Shown here: piece by piece, positions 29,431 to 37,761 of the stretch
Layout: each line of letters opens with the position of its first letter
Numbering within the stretch: the stretch's first letter is position 1
Program-made: the position numbers and the translations under genes
The notes under the pieces: model-generated
Told to the model about the DNA's origin: nothing
Databases searched by the model: none
Seen by the model: the letters and a program-made list of their open reading frames with translations, nothing else
Assembly: GCA_965222375.1 (NCBI GenBank)
Contig: CBDCTZ010000015.1
Span: forward strand, 128,001 to 192,000
Direction: 5' to 3'
Length of the DNA stretch: 64,000 bases
From: Polyangiaceae bacterium
Lineage (GTDB): Bacteria; Myxococcota_A; Polyangia; Polyangiales; Polyangiaceae

Positions 29431-30263
29431 GCGGCCCTCCCTGGGTCATGAAACGAAAGCAATGACTCGAGCGCAGGAGCCCCCTGCTCTCGCATGAACC
29501 GCTGCCAACACTGGCGCCCCGTGCGCTCATAGGCGCGCATCGCTTCGATCAACTCGCGACGCGACTTCGCAGACACGATTGGCTCTGGCAGCAACGGGTC
29601 GAATGCGAGCTGCCGAATTGCCCCTCCCCCGAGGGCGAAGGTCTCCAGCATAGCCTTCTCGAGCGGCAGACAATGCAGGCGAGCGCCGCTGGCTTCGAGC
29701 TCTCTGCGCGTCTTGGCGTAGCCTCGCTGGATCGCGGCCGAATCCCAAAGCCGCCGCGCACGGCTTTCTGTGCTCTGGTCAAAGTCGCTCGCCGCAAACA
29801 CAACCGCACTCTTTTCGAGCCCCAGGTCAACCAGCTCATCGCGCACTCCCGCTGCCCCTCCTCGGAGATTGTCCGGGCGCACCCAAAGCCCCGAAGAAAG
29901 CTCGCGTAATCCAATGAAGTCGATTGCACGCTGTCGATGCCGGACCGCCGTTCGGTCACGCTTTCCTAGCCCCGCCGTGTGGACACCGATCCAGCCACCT
30001 CGCCAAGGAAGCAGGCGATCCTGAAGACGGGACCAAGATGTCACATGCCGCTGGACCGGAAAAGCCGCTGGGGCAAGGCCATAGCAACCCCGATCGTTGT
30101 TTTCGACCTTCCCGTCCGTGAGCAATCGCGCCAGCGCAACTCGCAAACTGTTGTCGGAGATACTGAAGACCTCGGCAACTCGCACGAGCGCACGAACCGG
30201 CACGTCTTGCCCGCCAACCGCGGACAGCACGTCCAGCACCAAGCTGCGCGCCGTGGGCTTCAT
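29427..30263 (-). CDS. PaaX family transcriptional regulator
   Basis: ARSLVLDVL...NSLRVALARL, WRGGW, LWVRPDNL, LAFDPLLP. Confidence 0.85.
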   Translation of the reverse strand: MKPTARSLVLDVLSAVGGQDVPVRALVRVAEVFSISDNSLRVALARLLTDGKVENNDRGCYGLAPAAFPVQRHVTSWSRLQDRLLPWRGGWIGVHTAGLGKRDRTAVRHRQRAIDFIGLRELSSGLWVRPDNLRGGAAGVRDELVDLGLEKSAVVFAASDFDQSTESRARRLWDSAAIQRGYAKTRRELEASGARLHCLPLEKAMLETFALGGGAIRQLAFDPLLPEPIVSAKSRRELIEAMRAYERTGRQCWQRFMREQGAPALESLLSFHDPGRAA

Positions 30264-30268
30264 GATCA

Positions 30269-30311
30269 AATATTACTCATGAGTATGATTTGTGTCAAAT
30301 CCCGTAATATT
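30269..30311 (-). promoter_or_regulatory. sigma70 promoter with overlapping inverted repeats
   Basis: TTGACA (30298-30293)-N17-TAATAT (30275-30270). Also AATATTAC-N27-GTAATATT and TACTCATGAGTA. Confidence 0.75.
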
Positions 30312-30434
30312 AGCCCAATGACCGAGGGCGCCGACGAATTGCGGAAGCGCAGCGCTTGGGACCTCTGGCGTGGGGTGGCGAGCGAGACGGAGCGTCTTCC
30401 TGGTATTTCAGGGCGCGGGATGGAGCGCGCACCT

Positions 30435-30466
30435 CGTGGGGAGGAAGGCGGACCCTCCTCCCCACG
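30435..30466. terminator. Hairpin downstream of the 30517 gene (possible terminator)
   Basis: 11-bp stem CGTGGGGAGGA/TCCTCCCCACG with only a weak T tract. Confidence 0.35.
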
Positions 30467-30516
30467 TTTGGGCGCACAAGATGCGGCGCGCGCCGCACTG
30501 GCGCCCCGCGATGGGT

Positions 30517-31179
30517 TTAGCCCATGGCGTCCGGTGGGATCCCGTAGCCCGGCACCGGAGGCATGTCGAACTCCGAACTATCCCACTGAAACCTTCGCTC
30601 AACCTCGGGGTCCATCGTCGGCATCGTCATCGGCGCAGCCGGATCCAATGGCCATCGCTCCTCGGCCTCGACACTGATATAGGCCGTCAGGTGCGTCACC
30701 GAGGTCAAACGCTGGGCGGGCTGGATGCTCAGCAGCATCAGCGCCGGGTCCGCTAGGGCGAGCACGACTTCCTCGCCGTCCAGGGTCAGTGAGCGGGCGA
30801 AATCGTCCGTCGTATCCAATAGGCGGTTGAGCAGCGCACCGGTCCCGTGGGGCAAGTCGCTCAGGAACTGGCGCGAGGGGTCGTCTGGCGGGCCCCCGAT
30901 GACCACTCGCCCGCCAGGCAAGCGCAGCGAACGCCGTGTCTTCAAGCGCAGCGAGAAACCACCATGCTCCGTCGACAGCTCTACGGTCACATTGTGCACC
31001 GCATAACGACCGTGGATCGTGACGGCACTCTCCGCGAGCGCCGCCCGACCCAAGACAGCGGGCGCCATCTGCTCGGCAACGCCGTGGGCAAATCGCGTGC
31101 GCTCCGGCTCGCTCAGCGCGACGAACTGCGCGGCGGCCATCACCGCGTTGTCTCCACCGAGCTGATCGAAGTAGCTCAC
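30517..31179 (-). CDS. Hypothetical protein
   Basis: 220-aa ORF with plausible codon bias and no recognised motif. Confidence 0.55.
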   Translation of the reverse strand: MSYFDQLGGDNAVMAAAQFVALSEPERTRFAHGVAEQMAPAVLGRAALAESAVTIHGRYAVHNVTVELSTEHGGFSLRLKTRRSLRLPGGRVVIGGPPDDPSRQFLSDLPHGTGALLNRLLDTTDDFARSLTLDGEEVVLALADPALMLLSIQPAQRLTSVTHLTAYISVEAEERWPLDPAAPMTMPTMDPEVERRFQWDSSEFDMPPVPGYGIPPDAMG

Positions 31180-31321
31180 GCCCCAAGGGTACCATGCCTC
31201 TTCGCCGGCATCGGGCAGCTGTGATCCACGCCAGCTCCACGGCCCATGGACTCGGCTCCCCCTTTCAACCTAGCGTTCCTTCAATGCGCCGCACCAGGAA
31301 TCCACTCGTCGAGCAGTAGCC

Positions 31322-33289
31322 GTGCACGGACTCGACTTCCTCCGCGACCTTTTGGTGGCCTTCGCGCTCGGGGGCGTGGTCGTCTACGCGCTCAGATCGA
31401 TCAAACTGCCACCCATCGTGGGGCTGTTGGTGGCGGGAGCACTGGTCGGCCCCCACGGTTTCAGTTTGATTCGAGATCCGCACCGGGTCGAGGTCCTGGC
31501 GGAGATCGGCGTGGTGCTGCTGCTCTTCACGATCGGGCTCGAGTTTTCCCTCGGGCAGCTCGCCAAGATGTGGAGGGTGATCGTGATTGGGGGAGGTGGC
31601 CAAGTGGCGCTCACCATCGGTGTGTCAGCGCTGATTGCTAGCCAACTCGGCATCACTCCGAAATCCCGAGCGCTATTTTTTGGTTTTCTCGTCGCCCTAT
31701 CGAGCACGGCAATCGTGCTTCGGCTACTGGGCAGCAAAGGCGAACTTTCTGCGCCGCACGGGCGCCTCTCGTTGGGCGTATTGCTTTTCCAAGACCTAGC
31801 AATCGTCCCGTTGGTGCTCCTGACTCCCTACCTCGCCGGAGGCGATACGGGCAGCGGCTCTCTCGGGTTCACTTTGCTGAAGGCGGCGGGCATCGTGGTC
31901 GGGGTCGTCATCGCAGCTCGCAAGCTCGTGCCGCCGCTGCTGTATCGGGTGGTGAAGACCCGGAGTCGAGAACTGTTCCTGACCTTGCTCGTAGTGCTGT
32001 GCCTGGGCACGGCTTGGGTAACCTCTTTCGTCGGCTTGTCCCTCTCTCTCGGCGCTTTCCTCGCCGGGCTCGCCGTCAGCGAGAGCGAGTACAGCCACCA
32101 GGCGCTGGCCGAGGCAATGCCCTTTCGGGATACATTTGGCAGCCTGTTCTTCCTGTCCATCGGCATGCTGATGGACGCTGGCTTCGTCCTGAAGAACCCA
32201 GTCCTGGTGCTTGGAACGGTCGTGGTGATCATGGTCGTCAAGTTCGCCGCGGCTGCGCTTCCTTTGCTCGTGCTGGGGCACCCGTTGCGCGCCGGAGTGC
32301 AGGCCGCGATGTCGCTGGCGCAGATCGGTGAATTCGCATTCGTGCTCGCCCAGTCCGGCGTCGCCCTCGGGCTGCTCAATCCTACCGAGTACCAAACCTT
32401 CCTGGCCGCATCCGTCATCTCTCTGACCGTGACGCCAGGGCTGCTGAAGCTAGCGACCGTGCTGGCCCCCAAACTGTCAGCGGAAAGGCGCCTGGTGCCG
32501 TGGAGTCGGGCTCCTGCCACGGCGGCGGATGACCACGCAGCAATGTCGAATCACGTGGTCATCGTCGGCTTCGGCATCAACGGCGAAAACCTGGCGCACG
32601 CCTTGACGGCGGTGCAGATGCCCTTCGTCGTCGTCGAACTCAATCCCGAGACGGTGCGGCGCATTCGCGGCGGTGGCATTCCCGTCCTGTATGGCGATTC
32701 GACTCGCTCCGAGATTTTGCATCTGGCGGGCATCCAGGATGCCCGGGCGCTCGTGATCGCCATCAGTGACGCCGCCGCGGTTCGTGCAACCGTGGGCCTG
32801 GCGCGGCAGGAGTGTCCCAACCTGCACATCGTGGTGCGCACTCGCTTTGTGTCGGAAGTCGATGAGCTCAAGCGCCTGGGCGCCAATGAAGTCATTCCCG
32901 AGGAGTTCGAAACCTCGATTGAGCTTTTTCGTCGGCTGCTGACTCACTTCGCGGTCCCACCGAATGCCATCCAACAGTTGACTGTATCGATTCGAGAGCG
33001 CTCCTACGGCTTCTTGCGCGCGGGCGATGTTGCCGAGGACACCTGGCGGCCGTCCAGTGAACGCATGCCCGTGGACGAGTTGCTGGTCGCGCCGGGCTCC
33101 CAGGTGGATGGGCGAAGCCTGGGCGAGCTCGACCTTCGGCGTCAGACTGGGCTCTTCGTCGTCGCGGTCCGCCGCGGAGATAGCACGATTGCCTCCCCCC
33201 AAGCAGACTTCGTGCTCTTGGCGGGAGACGCGGCTGTCGTCGTAGGTGACGTGGTGAAAGCCAGGTCGCACTTTGCGGCGCCAGATTGA
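31322..33289 (+). CDS. CPA2/Kef-type cation:proton antiporter with TrkA-N and TrkA-C domains
   Basis: LAEIGVVLLLFTIGLEFS, ALSSTAIV, LFQDL, QIGEFAFV, GFGING, YGDST. Confidence 0.92.
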   Translation: MHGLDFLRDLLVAFALGGVVVYALRSIKLPPIVGLLVAGALVGPHGFSLIRDPHRVEVLAEIGVVLLLFTIGLEFSLGQLAKMWRVIVIGGGGQVALTIGVSALIASQLGITPKSRALFFGFLVALSSTAIVLRLLGSKGELSAPHGRLSLGVLLFQDLAIVPLVLLTPYLAGGDTGSGSLGFTLLKAAGIVVGVVIAARKLVPPLLYRVVKTRSRELFLTLLVVLCLGTAWVTSFVGLSLSLGAFLAGLAVSESEYSHQALAEAMPFRDTFGSLFFLSIGMLMDAGFVLKNPVLVLGTVVVIMVVKFAAAALPLLVLGHPLRAGVQAAMSLAQIGEFAFVLAQSGVALGLLNPTEYQTFLAASVISLTVTPGLLKLATVLAPKLSAERRLVPWSRAPATAADDHAAMSNHVVIVGFGINGENLAHALTAVQMPFVVVELNPETVRRIRGGGIPVLYGDSTRSEILHLAGIQDARALVIAISDAAAVRATVGLARQECPNLHIVVRTRFVSEVDELKRLGANEVIPEEFETSIELFRRLLTHFAVPPNAIQQLTVSIRERSYGFLRAGDVAEDTWRPSSERMPVDELLVAPGSQVDGRSLGELDLRRQTGLFVVAVRRGDSTIASPQADFVLLAGDAAVVVGDVVKARSHFAAPD

Positions 33290-33347
33290 CCGGCTCGGCG
33301 CCGGGCCCTCGTCACGGCGCGAAGCGTGCACGCGAACTTCAAGCCCC

Positions 33348-33512
33348 GTGCTGATGGGCGTAGTCTTTGACGCTCTACAAGGCGGCATCATCGAGCACGC
33401 CACCTTCAACTTGCCTTTCGCCGTTATCGTGGACTCGAGCTAGCACGTGTTCGTGGAGGGCTCGCTGGCCGGTCTCGCTCTTGGTCTGATTCACCGTCGT
33501 TGGGCGCCCTAG
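33348..33512 (+). pseudogene. Possible membrane-protein gene remnant with internal stop
   Basis: VLMGVVFDALQGGIIEHATFNLPFAVIVDSS*HVFVEGSLAGLALGLIHRRWAP*. Confidence 0.35.
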
Positions 33513-33596
33513 CGCGGCGGACGCGAATCGGCATCTTGGATCAACCGAACGACCTAGCGCGGCGGACGCGAATCGGCATCTTGGATCAACCGAACG
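33508..33596. repeat. 45-bp intergenic tandem duplication
   Basis: CCTAGCGCGGCGGACGCGAATCGGCATCTTGGATCAACCGAACG occurs twice, one base apart. Confidence 0.9.
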
Positions 33597-33603
33597 TCGG
33601 TTT

Positions 33604-34335
33604 TCAGCGCTCGCCCGTCAGCGTACGCACCCGCTTGGCCAGCGGGCTGTCCGGGTAGCTCCGAAGAAAACGTCGCCCCAACGCTTTCGCACGGGACGTT
33701 TGCTGCAAGCGCGTCAACGCTTCGACCCGAAGTACCATCGCCTCCTGCGCAAAGAACTGGCGTCGATGCTTGGCATCGTAGCTATCGAGCTCGCGCAACA
33801 CCCCGGCCGCGTTCCCATTCGCCAGCATTCGACGCGCGCTGTCGATCACCAAGCGCTGCTCGCGCAAGGACGTCGGCGTCGCCGCGCCATGGCTTGGGCT
33901 GGGAGCGACAGCGACAGCTGCCGCTTGAGCGCCCACTCCGGCGTGCGGTGTCTCTGGATCCGGCGTCGCCCTTTGCGCAGGCGCGGTAGGCGCAGTCGGG
34001 ATGACCCGCGTCGCGGTCGGCGCGGTTGCGGTGTGGCGAACAGCCATCGTCGGCGCTTCGGTCGTGGATGCTTCCTGAGCGTCGTTGAGCACGACCACGC
34101 CGCCCGACGCGACCCCGCCAAGCAAAGCACCTGCCGCAGTCCACTTTGCAAGCAACAACACCGTGCCCGCTGACGCCGCGCTGTGCCCAGCATGGGCTGC
34201 GGTGGCCGCAAGAGCGGCGCCAGCCAAAGCTCGCTTCTTGGAGGCCCGGCTGGGCGCATCGCGCTTGAGGGACCCGAGCAGGGCTCGACCCACTGGGCTG
34301 CCCTTGGATTCGAGTAGGCGATCCGGGTCGTTCAT
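33604..34335 (-). CDS. Putative anti-sigma factor (single TM, C-terminal TPR-like)
   Basis: ATGA-coupled to the ECF sigma. TM segment and C-terminal ...EAMVLRVEAL...FLRSYPDSP. Confidence 0.7.
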   Translation of the reverse strand: MNDPDRLLESKGSPVGRALLGSLKRDAPSRASKKRALAGAALAATAAHAGHSAASAGTVLLLAKWTAAGALLGGVASGGVVVLNDAQEASTTEAPTMAVRHTATAPTATRVIPTAPTAPAQRATPDPETPHAGVGAQAAAVAVAPSPSHGAATPTSLREQRLVIDSARRMLANGNAAGVLRELDSYDAKHRRQFFAQEAMVLRVEALTRLQQTSRAKALGRRFLRSYPDSPLAKRVRTLTGER

Positions 34336-34904
34336 GACTTGCCCTCCGAGAATCGCACCCGCGCCTCCAGACGCGCGAGGCGAGCACTGAATTCTTTGCG
34401 AGCCCGGCGCAGCCTCGAGGCGACTGTACCTTGGGGAATCGATAGCAGCTCGGCGATCTCTGGCGTCGTAAGTTCCTCGACCTCGAATAGCACGAACACC
34501 GAAGTGAGTTCGAGAGGCATGGCGCGCAGCATTTCCTCGGCAAGCTCGCGAGTATGCGCCCGCTCTGCCGCCGCTTCGGGCGTGGGTCCGAGGTCGATCA
34601 GCTCGACGTCCGTATCTTCGGTCCTGCGCTTGGCGTAGCGTTCACGGATGCGCCGGCTGACGCGGTAGGCAGTACCCATTAGGAATGCCCGCTCGCTGTG
34701 AGGCTCGATGTGATCGAGCTTCTGTGCCGTGATCAGAAGCACCTCCTGCAGAGCTTCATCCACATCCGGCTCGGACAAGCCCAGATGCCGGATGAAACGC
34801 CAGACTTCCGCGTGATGGCTCTCCACCATCGCCTCAAGGCGATCCCGCGCTGAGGTTTCGATAGGCATCGGCGGCGCGCGCATCGATATCACCTGGAGAA
34901 GCAT
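34332..34904 (-). CDS. ECF RNA polymerase sigma factor
   Basis: Region 2 VDEALQEV...AFL and region 4 VFVLFEVEELTTPEIAELLSIPQGTVASRLRRAR. Confidence 0.9.
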   Translation of the reverse strand: MLLQVISMRAPPMPIETSARDRLEAMVESHHAEVWRFIRHLGLSEPDVDEALQEVLLITAQKLDHIEPHSERAFLMGTAYRVSRRIRERYAKRRTEDTDVELIDLGPTPEAAAERAHTRELAEEMLRAMPLELTSVFVLFEVEELTTPEIAELLSIPQGTVASRLRRARKEFSARLARLEARVRFSEGKS

Positions 34905-34938
34905 GGCTGGGTACGATCCGCTCAGGCCCAGGAATCGA

Positions 34939-35991
34939 TCACGGAAAATGCCAGCCGGCGGAGACCAGGCCACCGCCGCTCACCGCTGGGACCGCATGCA
35001 CAACCTGGAAAGGGCGGCGAAAGACGAAGCGATCTCGCTGTAGATTGGCATGTAGATAACTAGAACCATTGATGAAAAACGCTTGCGCGGGGCGCCATCG
35101 CAGGTGGCCGGCTCCCCCAAGAGCCAGCCAGGGCCCGGTTTGGGTTTCTGAGTCCACTACGCCTACGCCCTGCCCCCGGAGGAAGCCAAAGTCGGCCTGG
35201 GCACAGGGGGAGAGCTCTACGCCGTCGGTGAGTTCAAACACGAGGGGGCAGGCATCGAGCCGCACTGCAAACCAGGTGTAGCGCGAGGCATCGGCGTCCG
35301 GACCGAGCAGCCCTGTACGCGCCGTTAGAACCGAGACGCCACCACCAAACTTGTAACCGTCGCCTTCCAGGTCGAAGCGGGAGCCGAGTCCCACGCCGAA
35401 TACCGCCACCGGCGCGACCCCTGCCGAGACGAACGCGACGGGGCCGAGCCCGCCTGATAGCTTGATGGGCCGCGCCGACACAGACGGCGGCGGCGGACGA
35501 TAGGGCAGCGGAGGCGCAGATGCCGGAGGCGGGTTGGCCGGGATTGGAGCCGGGGGAGGCGGTAGCGGCCCCGACGCTGGCACCGGATCGCCGCTCGCCC
35601 CAGGGTCCGTCGGCGCCCGAAGCGCAGCCTCCGGGTCAACCGCCACCGCCAAGATCACGGCCAGAGCTCGTACGACTTCTGCGCAGTCCTTGTCGGACAG
35701 AGTCCGCTCCGCGCCACCTTGCTGTGAGAGACGCCCGTCGAAACCGGCGGGGCTCGAGACGACCTCCACGACGAACGCACGGTCGTGCTCACCATCGACG
35801 AAGCGGGCCAGACGCGTGCGCGCGGTGACGTTGCGTTCGAACTCGCTCCGGGGCGGGCAGCTCGCGGGAACGCTGTATTCCAGCTGGATTCGCTCTTGTC
35901 CGACCTCCGTCTGAGCGCCAGCGCTACGCGCCCCAGTGCTCAGTAGACCCAGCGCAACCAGCGCGAAGGTCGAACGAATGAAGCGAATCAT
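34939..35991 (-). CDS. Secreted protein with C-terminal OM beta-barrel (ECF-module associated)
   Basis: Signal peptide, CP...C N-domain, Pro linker, beta strands ending ...SAGWHFP. Confidence 0.7.
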   Translation of the reverse strand: MIRFIRSTFALVALGLLSTGARSAGAQTEVGQERIQLEYSVPASCPPRSEFERNVTARTRLARFVDGEHDRAFVVEVVSSPAGFDGRLSQQGGAERTLSDKDCAEVVRALAVILAVAVDPEAALRAPTDPGASGDPVPASGPLPPPPAPIPANPPPASAPPLPYRPPPPSVSARPIKLSGGLGPVAFVSAGVAPVAVFGVGLGSRFDLEGDGYKFGGGVSVLTARTGLLGPDADASRYTWFAVRLDACPLVFELTDGVELSPCAQADFGFLRGQGVGVVDSETQTGPWLALGGAGHLRWRPAQAFFINGSSYLHANLQRDRFVFRRPFQVVHAVPAVSGGGLVSAGWHFP

Positions 35992-36139
35992 TGTCGCGGC
36001 GTGCCCCTAAAACACCGCGCAGGGTTGCACCCTGGCCGCCGAGAGTCCAAAAAAAACCTGAGCCGGCAGTCGGCAGAACTTTTCGAGATCAGATCCCAGT
36101 GCTGGGCGGATAGTCGGGCGAGCTTGGGAGGTCGGATCG

Positions 36140-37633
36140 ATGGCTTATCGCAGATTCTTAGTTGTCGGCTTGGGTTTGACGCTCGCTGCGTGTGGCGGCA
36201 AGGACCGCGTGATCGGCAGCGGCACGCCTTCAGGCGGCGCTAGCGGTAGTGCCGGGACTACAGGTACCGGCGGCAGCGCGGGCATCGGCGGTTCAACGGG
36301 TGGAAGCTCCGGCAGCGGAGCCACAGGCGGCGTGAGCGCCACAGGTGGTGTCGGCGGCATCGGTGGCGTGGGCGGCGGAGCGGGCGGCCCAACCGCATGC
36401 AGTCAAATGACCGAATCGGGTCCGCCCGTGCGCATCGACGGCAAGCCTCTCGAACACGAGACGCAACCCCAGCTACTTCGACCGCGAACTAGCGTCGACC
36501 CGGTCACGTTGACTTACTCGACCCTCGCAGCCGAGGGGCCGAAGCAGGTCGTGCCCAGTGTCAGCCACGCAACCCTCGACCCACTCCAGGCGTGGCCCAA
36601 AGAGTTCTTCGGTACTGGCTACCTCGCCATGCAGGACGGCGGCTTCGACTTCGTCGCAGCGTCCGGCATCGGGCAGCAGTTCGCGGTGCTCGGGCGCAAG
36701 GAAGCTCCAGCCTCCACCGGCCCAATGCTGTCGGGTGATCTAAATCCGAACAAAGACAACACCATGCCGGCCGCGTTCGTGGGGCCCATGGTGGGCACCC
36801 CGACCATGGCGGCCCCAGTCCGCTTCGTCACTGAAGGTAGCCTGGGCGCCACGGTATCCGAGTACCTGCTCGGCTACGAGTGGCCCGTGCCCAACCAGCT
36901 CATACTGAGTCGGGCGATCTGGAAGATCGGGGGCAGCGTGACCTCGGATCACCTCGGCACCTTAGGCTGTGCTACTGCACCCGTTTTCGCCGACGCGTTC
37001 TACTCGACGCAGCACGGCTTCGTCGTCGCGCTGACCACGAGTCGCCCACCAATGACCTGTGGGCTCGACCTGTACGCAGATGGCCCCCCCACGCGGGTTC
37101 AAGTCTTCCGCATCCCCACTCAGGGACAGCCCATCGTCACCGCGGAGTTCTCGTCGTCATTGCCCATCGACAAGTTCTTCCTCTCGCCCACCGCAGACGG
37201 CGGCGCCTGGATCACTTGGCAGGGCACGGGAGGCGCGAAGCTCGACTCCCTGCACGCCGCGCGCATCGACGCCAGCGGCGCCGCGCTGACCAAGGAATTG
37301 ACTCTGACCGACGTCGAGGTCGCCTTCCCGCCCATTGCTGCAACAGCCCTGGGCAACAGCTTGGCCGTAGCGTGGACGGACGCTTTCGACCCGTCGGCTC
37401 CGAGCATCGCCATCAAGGTCTTCGACGAAAAGACCCTCGGCAACACTCCGACCCATATCTTCACGCCCAAGCCCTGGTTTTCCATCGGCGACGGATTGTC
37501 CATCACCGGCTCCTACGCGGGCGACCAGCTCTATGTCAGTTGGAGCAGCCCGGTGAAGGAACCTCTGGGCCCTGGTAGCACCGCGGCCATCAAGCGCCTC
37601 TTCACCAATCGCCTGGACTGCAAAACGAATTGA
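36140..37633 (+). CDS. Gly-rich lipoprotein with beta-rich domain
   Basis: Lipobox LAAC, RBS GGAGG, Gly-rich linker. Confidence 0.75.
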   Translation: MAYRRFLVVGLGLTLAACGGKDRVIGSGTPSGGASGSAGTTGTGGSAGIGGSTGGSSGSGATGGVSATGGVGGIGGVGGGAGGPTACSQMTESGPPVRIDGKPLEHETQPQLLRPRTSVDPVTLTYSTLAAEGPKQVVPSVSHATLDPLQAWPKEFFGTGYLAMQDGGFDFVAASGIGQQFAVLGRKEAPASTGPMLSGDLNPNKDNTMPAAFVGPMVGTPTMAAPVRFVTEGSLGATVSEYLLGYEWPVPNQLILSRAIWKIGGSVTSDHLGTLGCATAPVFADAFYSTQHGFVVALTTSRPPMTCGLDLYADGPPTRVQVFRIPTQGQPIVTAEFSSSLPIDKFFLSPTADGGAWITWQGTGGAKLDSLHAARIDASGAALTKELTLTDVEVAFPPIAATALGNSLAVAWTDAFDPSAPSIAIKVFDEKTLGNTPTHIFTPKPWFSIGDGLSITGSYAGDQLYVSWSSPVKEPLGPGSTAAIKRLFTNRLDCKTN

Positions 37634-37730
37634 CCGAGTCCACCGCTGCGAACAACGGCGCGAACTTGGCCTAGCCAGCGTCGAGTTCTGCAACGCGAGT
37701 CCCCACCCTGGCTCGGTGGGGACCGTTCTC

Positions 37731-37746
37731 TGGCACACTAGTTGCT
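37731..37746 (+). promoter_or_regulatory. sigma54-type promoter
   Basis: TGGCACACTAGTTGCT, near consensus. Confidence 0.7.
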
Positions 37747-37761
37747 GACCACCCACGACAA

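Noticed and set aside
16479..30263. Cluster as a phenylacetate (paa) pathway because of PaaX/PaaG/PaaI-like genes
   Set aside because: No PaaABCE epoxidase, PaaK ligase or PaaZ.
33508..33596. Direct repeat as a possible mini-CRISPR
   Set aside because: Only two adjacent copies, no spacer, no cas genes.
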